Shown here in pieces: positions 63,101-64,000 of a DNA stretch of 64,000 bases. Every line of letters begins with the position of its first letter. The first letter of the stretch is position 1. This DNA comes from Lytechinus pictus (lineage: Eukaryota), in NCBI RefSeq assembly GCF_037042905.1, contig NC_087245.1:5768001-5832000 (forward strand). Direction: 5' to 3'. Below the pieces are notes generated by a model that saw only the letters and a list, made by a program, of their open reading frames with translations, was not told the origin of the DNA and made no database searches. The position numbers and the translations under genes are program-made.

Positions 63101-63559
63101 TGGCGATAACAAACGAGATAGCTGTACGTGTAAAATAAACAGATGATTCAAACTACAAGAGGAAAAAAATCAATTAGCCGTTCGCCTCGAGTAGACAACA
63201 TGCCCATCGATCACAATATCAAACAATAACCCTCAATAACGTGTTATGATTGGAATTTCATCTTCTTTTCTTTGTAAGTGAAATTTGTATCACTTTTACC
63301 ATATTTACCAATGGATGAAAAAAATGATGTCATTAATGTCACTAGAGTGCCTGAGGGGTCAGAGTACAGAGTGCCCAAATAATTGTTTCTGCCTTTTTGG
63401 CTGTCAGAAAGTACTTCCGGAAATGGCGGTGACCTAATATTTGTCCTCCTGATGTACTTGTCCCAAACATACACACATGCAGCCTCCCTCACCAACAAGT
63501 ATGTACACTCTTCTACTTAATATATGCAGTTGCATAATGGATAAGTGCGTTTTATAAAT

Positions 63560-63880
63560 TGTATTACTTAAATCATTATTATACTTTATACTATTACCAT
63601 TGTTTTCTTGTTTACTATCTATATAATAATTATCGTATTAATCAGATTATTTTCTAAATCGTTATCTAAATCATTATTATTTAGTATATACTATTAATAT
63701 AATCATGTCACTTTTATCATTATTATTACTCGTATAATTTTAATGATTTTAATCATTATTATCATCATTAATATTATTATCATTACTATTAATGATAATC
63801 ATCATCATTAATATTATCATCATCATTATTATTACTTGTATCATCATCATCATTGTCATCAACATTATTGTTCTTATTTG
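63560..63880. repeat. ATT/ATC-rich low-complexity tract
   Basis: Degenerate trinucleotide repeats. Confidence 0.7.
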
Positions 63881-64000
63881 AATTTAGTATCTTCACTGAA
63901 GTAAATGTTTTTCCCATGGCTTGCATTGTTAAAAAAAGAATTTGGCTCAAATTTGCACCAGTTGACGACGAAGGAAAGCAATAATTTTTTCATACTTCCA

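Noticed and set aside
63244..63498. 84-aa minus-strand ORF as a terminal exon of a neighbouring gene
   Set aside because: No convincing splice acceptor or known motif.

Overview
AT-rich, intron-rich animal genomic DNA. The repeat families and exon sequences suggest a marine invertebrate, most likely a sea urchin (inference). I reconstructed two convergent multi-exon genes by hand from GT-AG sites with consistent phases. (1) A CCDC73-like coiled-coil gene on + (11 coding exons, 920..16883, about 1142 aa). (2) A type II transmembrane S1 serine protease on - (13 coding exons, 44069..27120, about 673 aa). The protease has an unusual order: TM anchor, short Ser/Pro-rich stalk, furin-type RHRR/VVHG activation site, protease domain with intact His/Asp/Ser triad and a non-trypsin S1 pocket, then about six LDL-receptor class A modules C-terminal to the protease. 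The rest is transposon-derived or simple repeat: a Gypsy protease remnant, Helentron-like elements with internal tandem units and nested insertions, an AcademH-like TIR element with a RecQ helicase fragment inserted into the tRNA head of a SINE, many MITEs, LINE tails, a 42-bp minisatellite and microsatellites. No recognisable gene lies between about 44.2 and 64 kb. No prokaryotic features are present.
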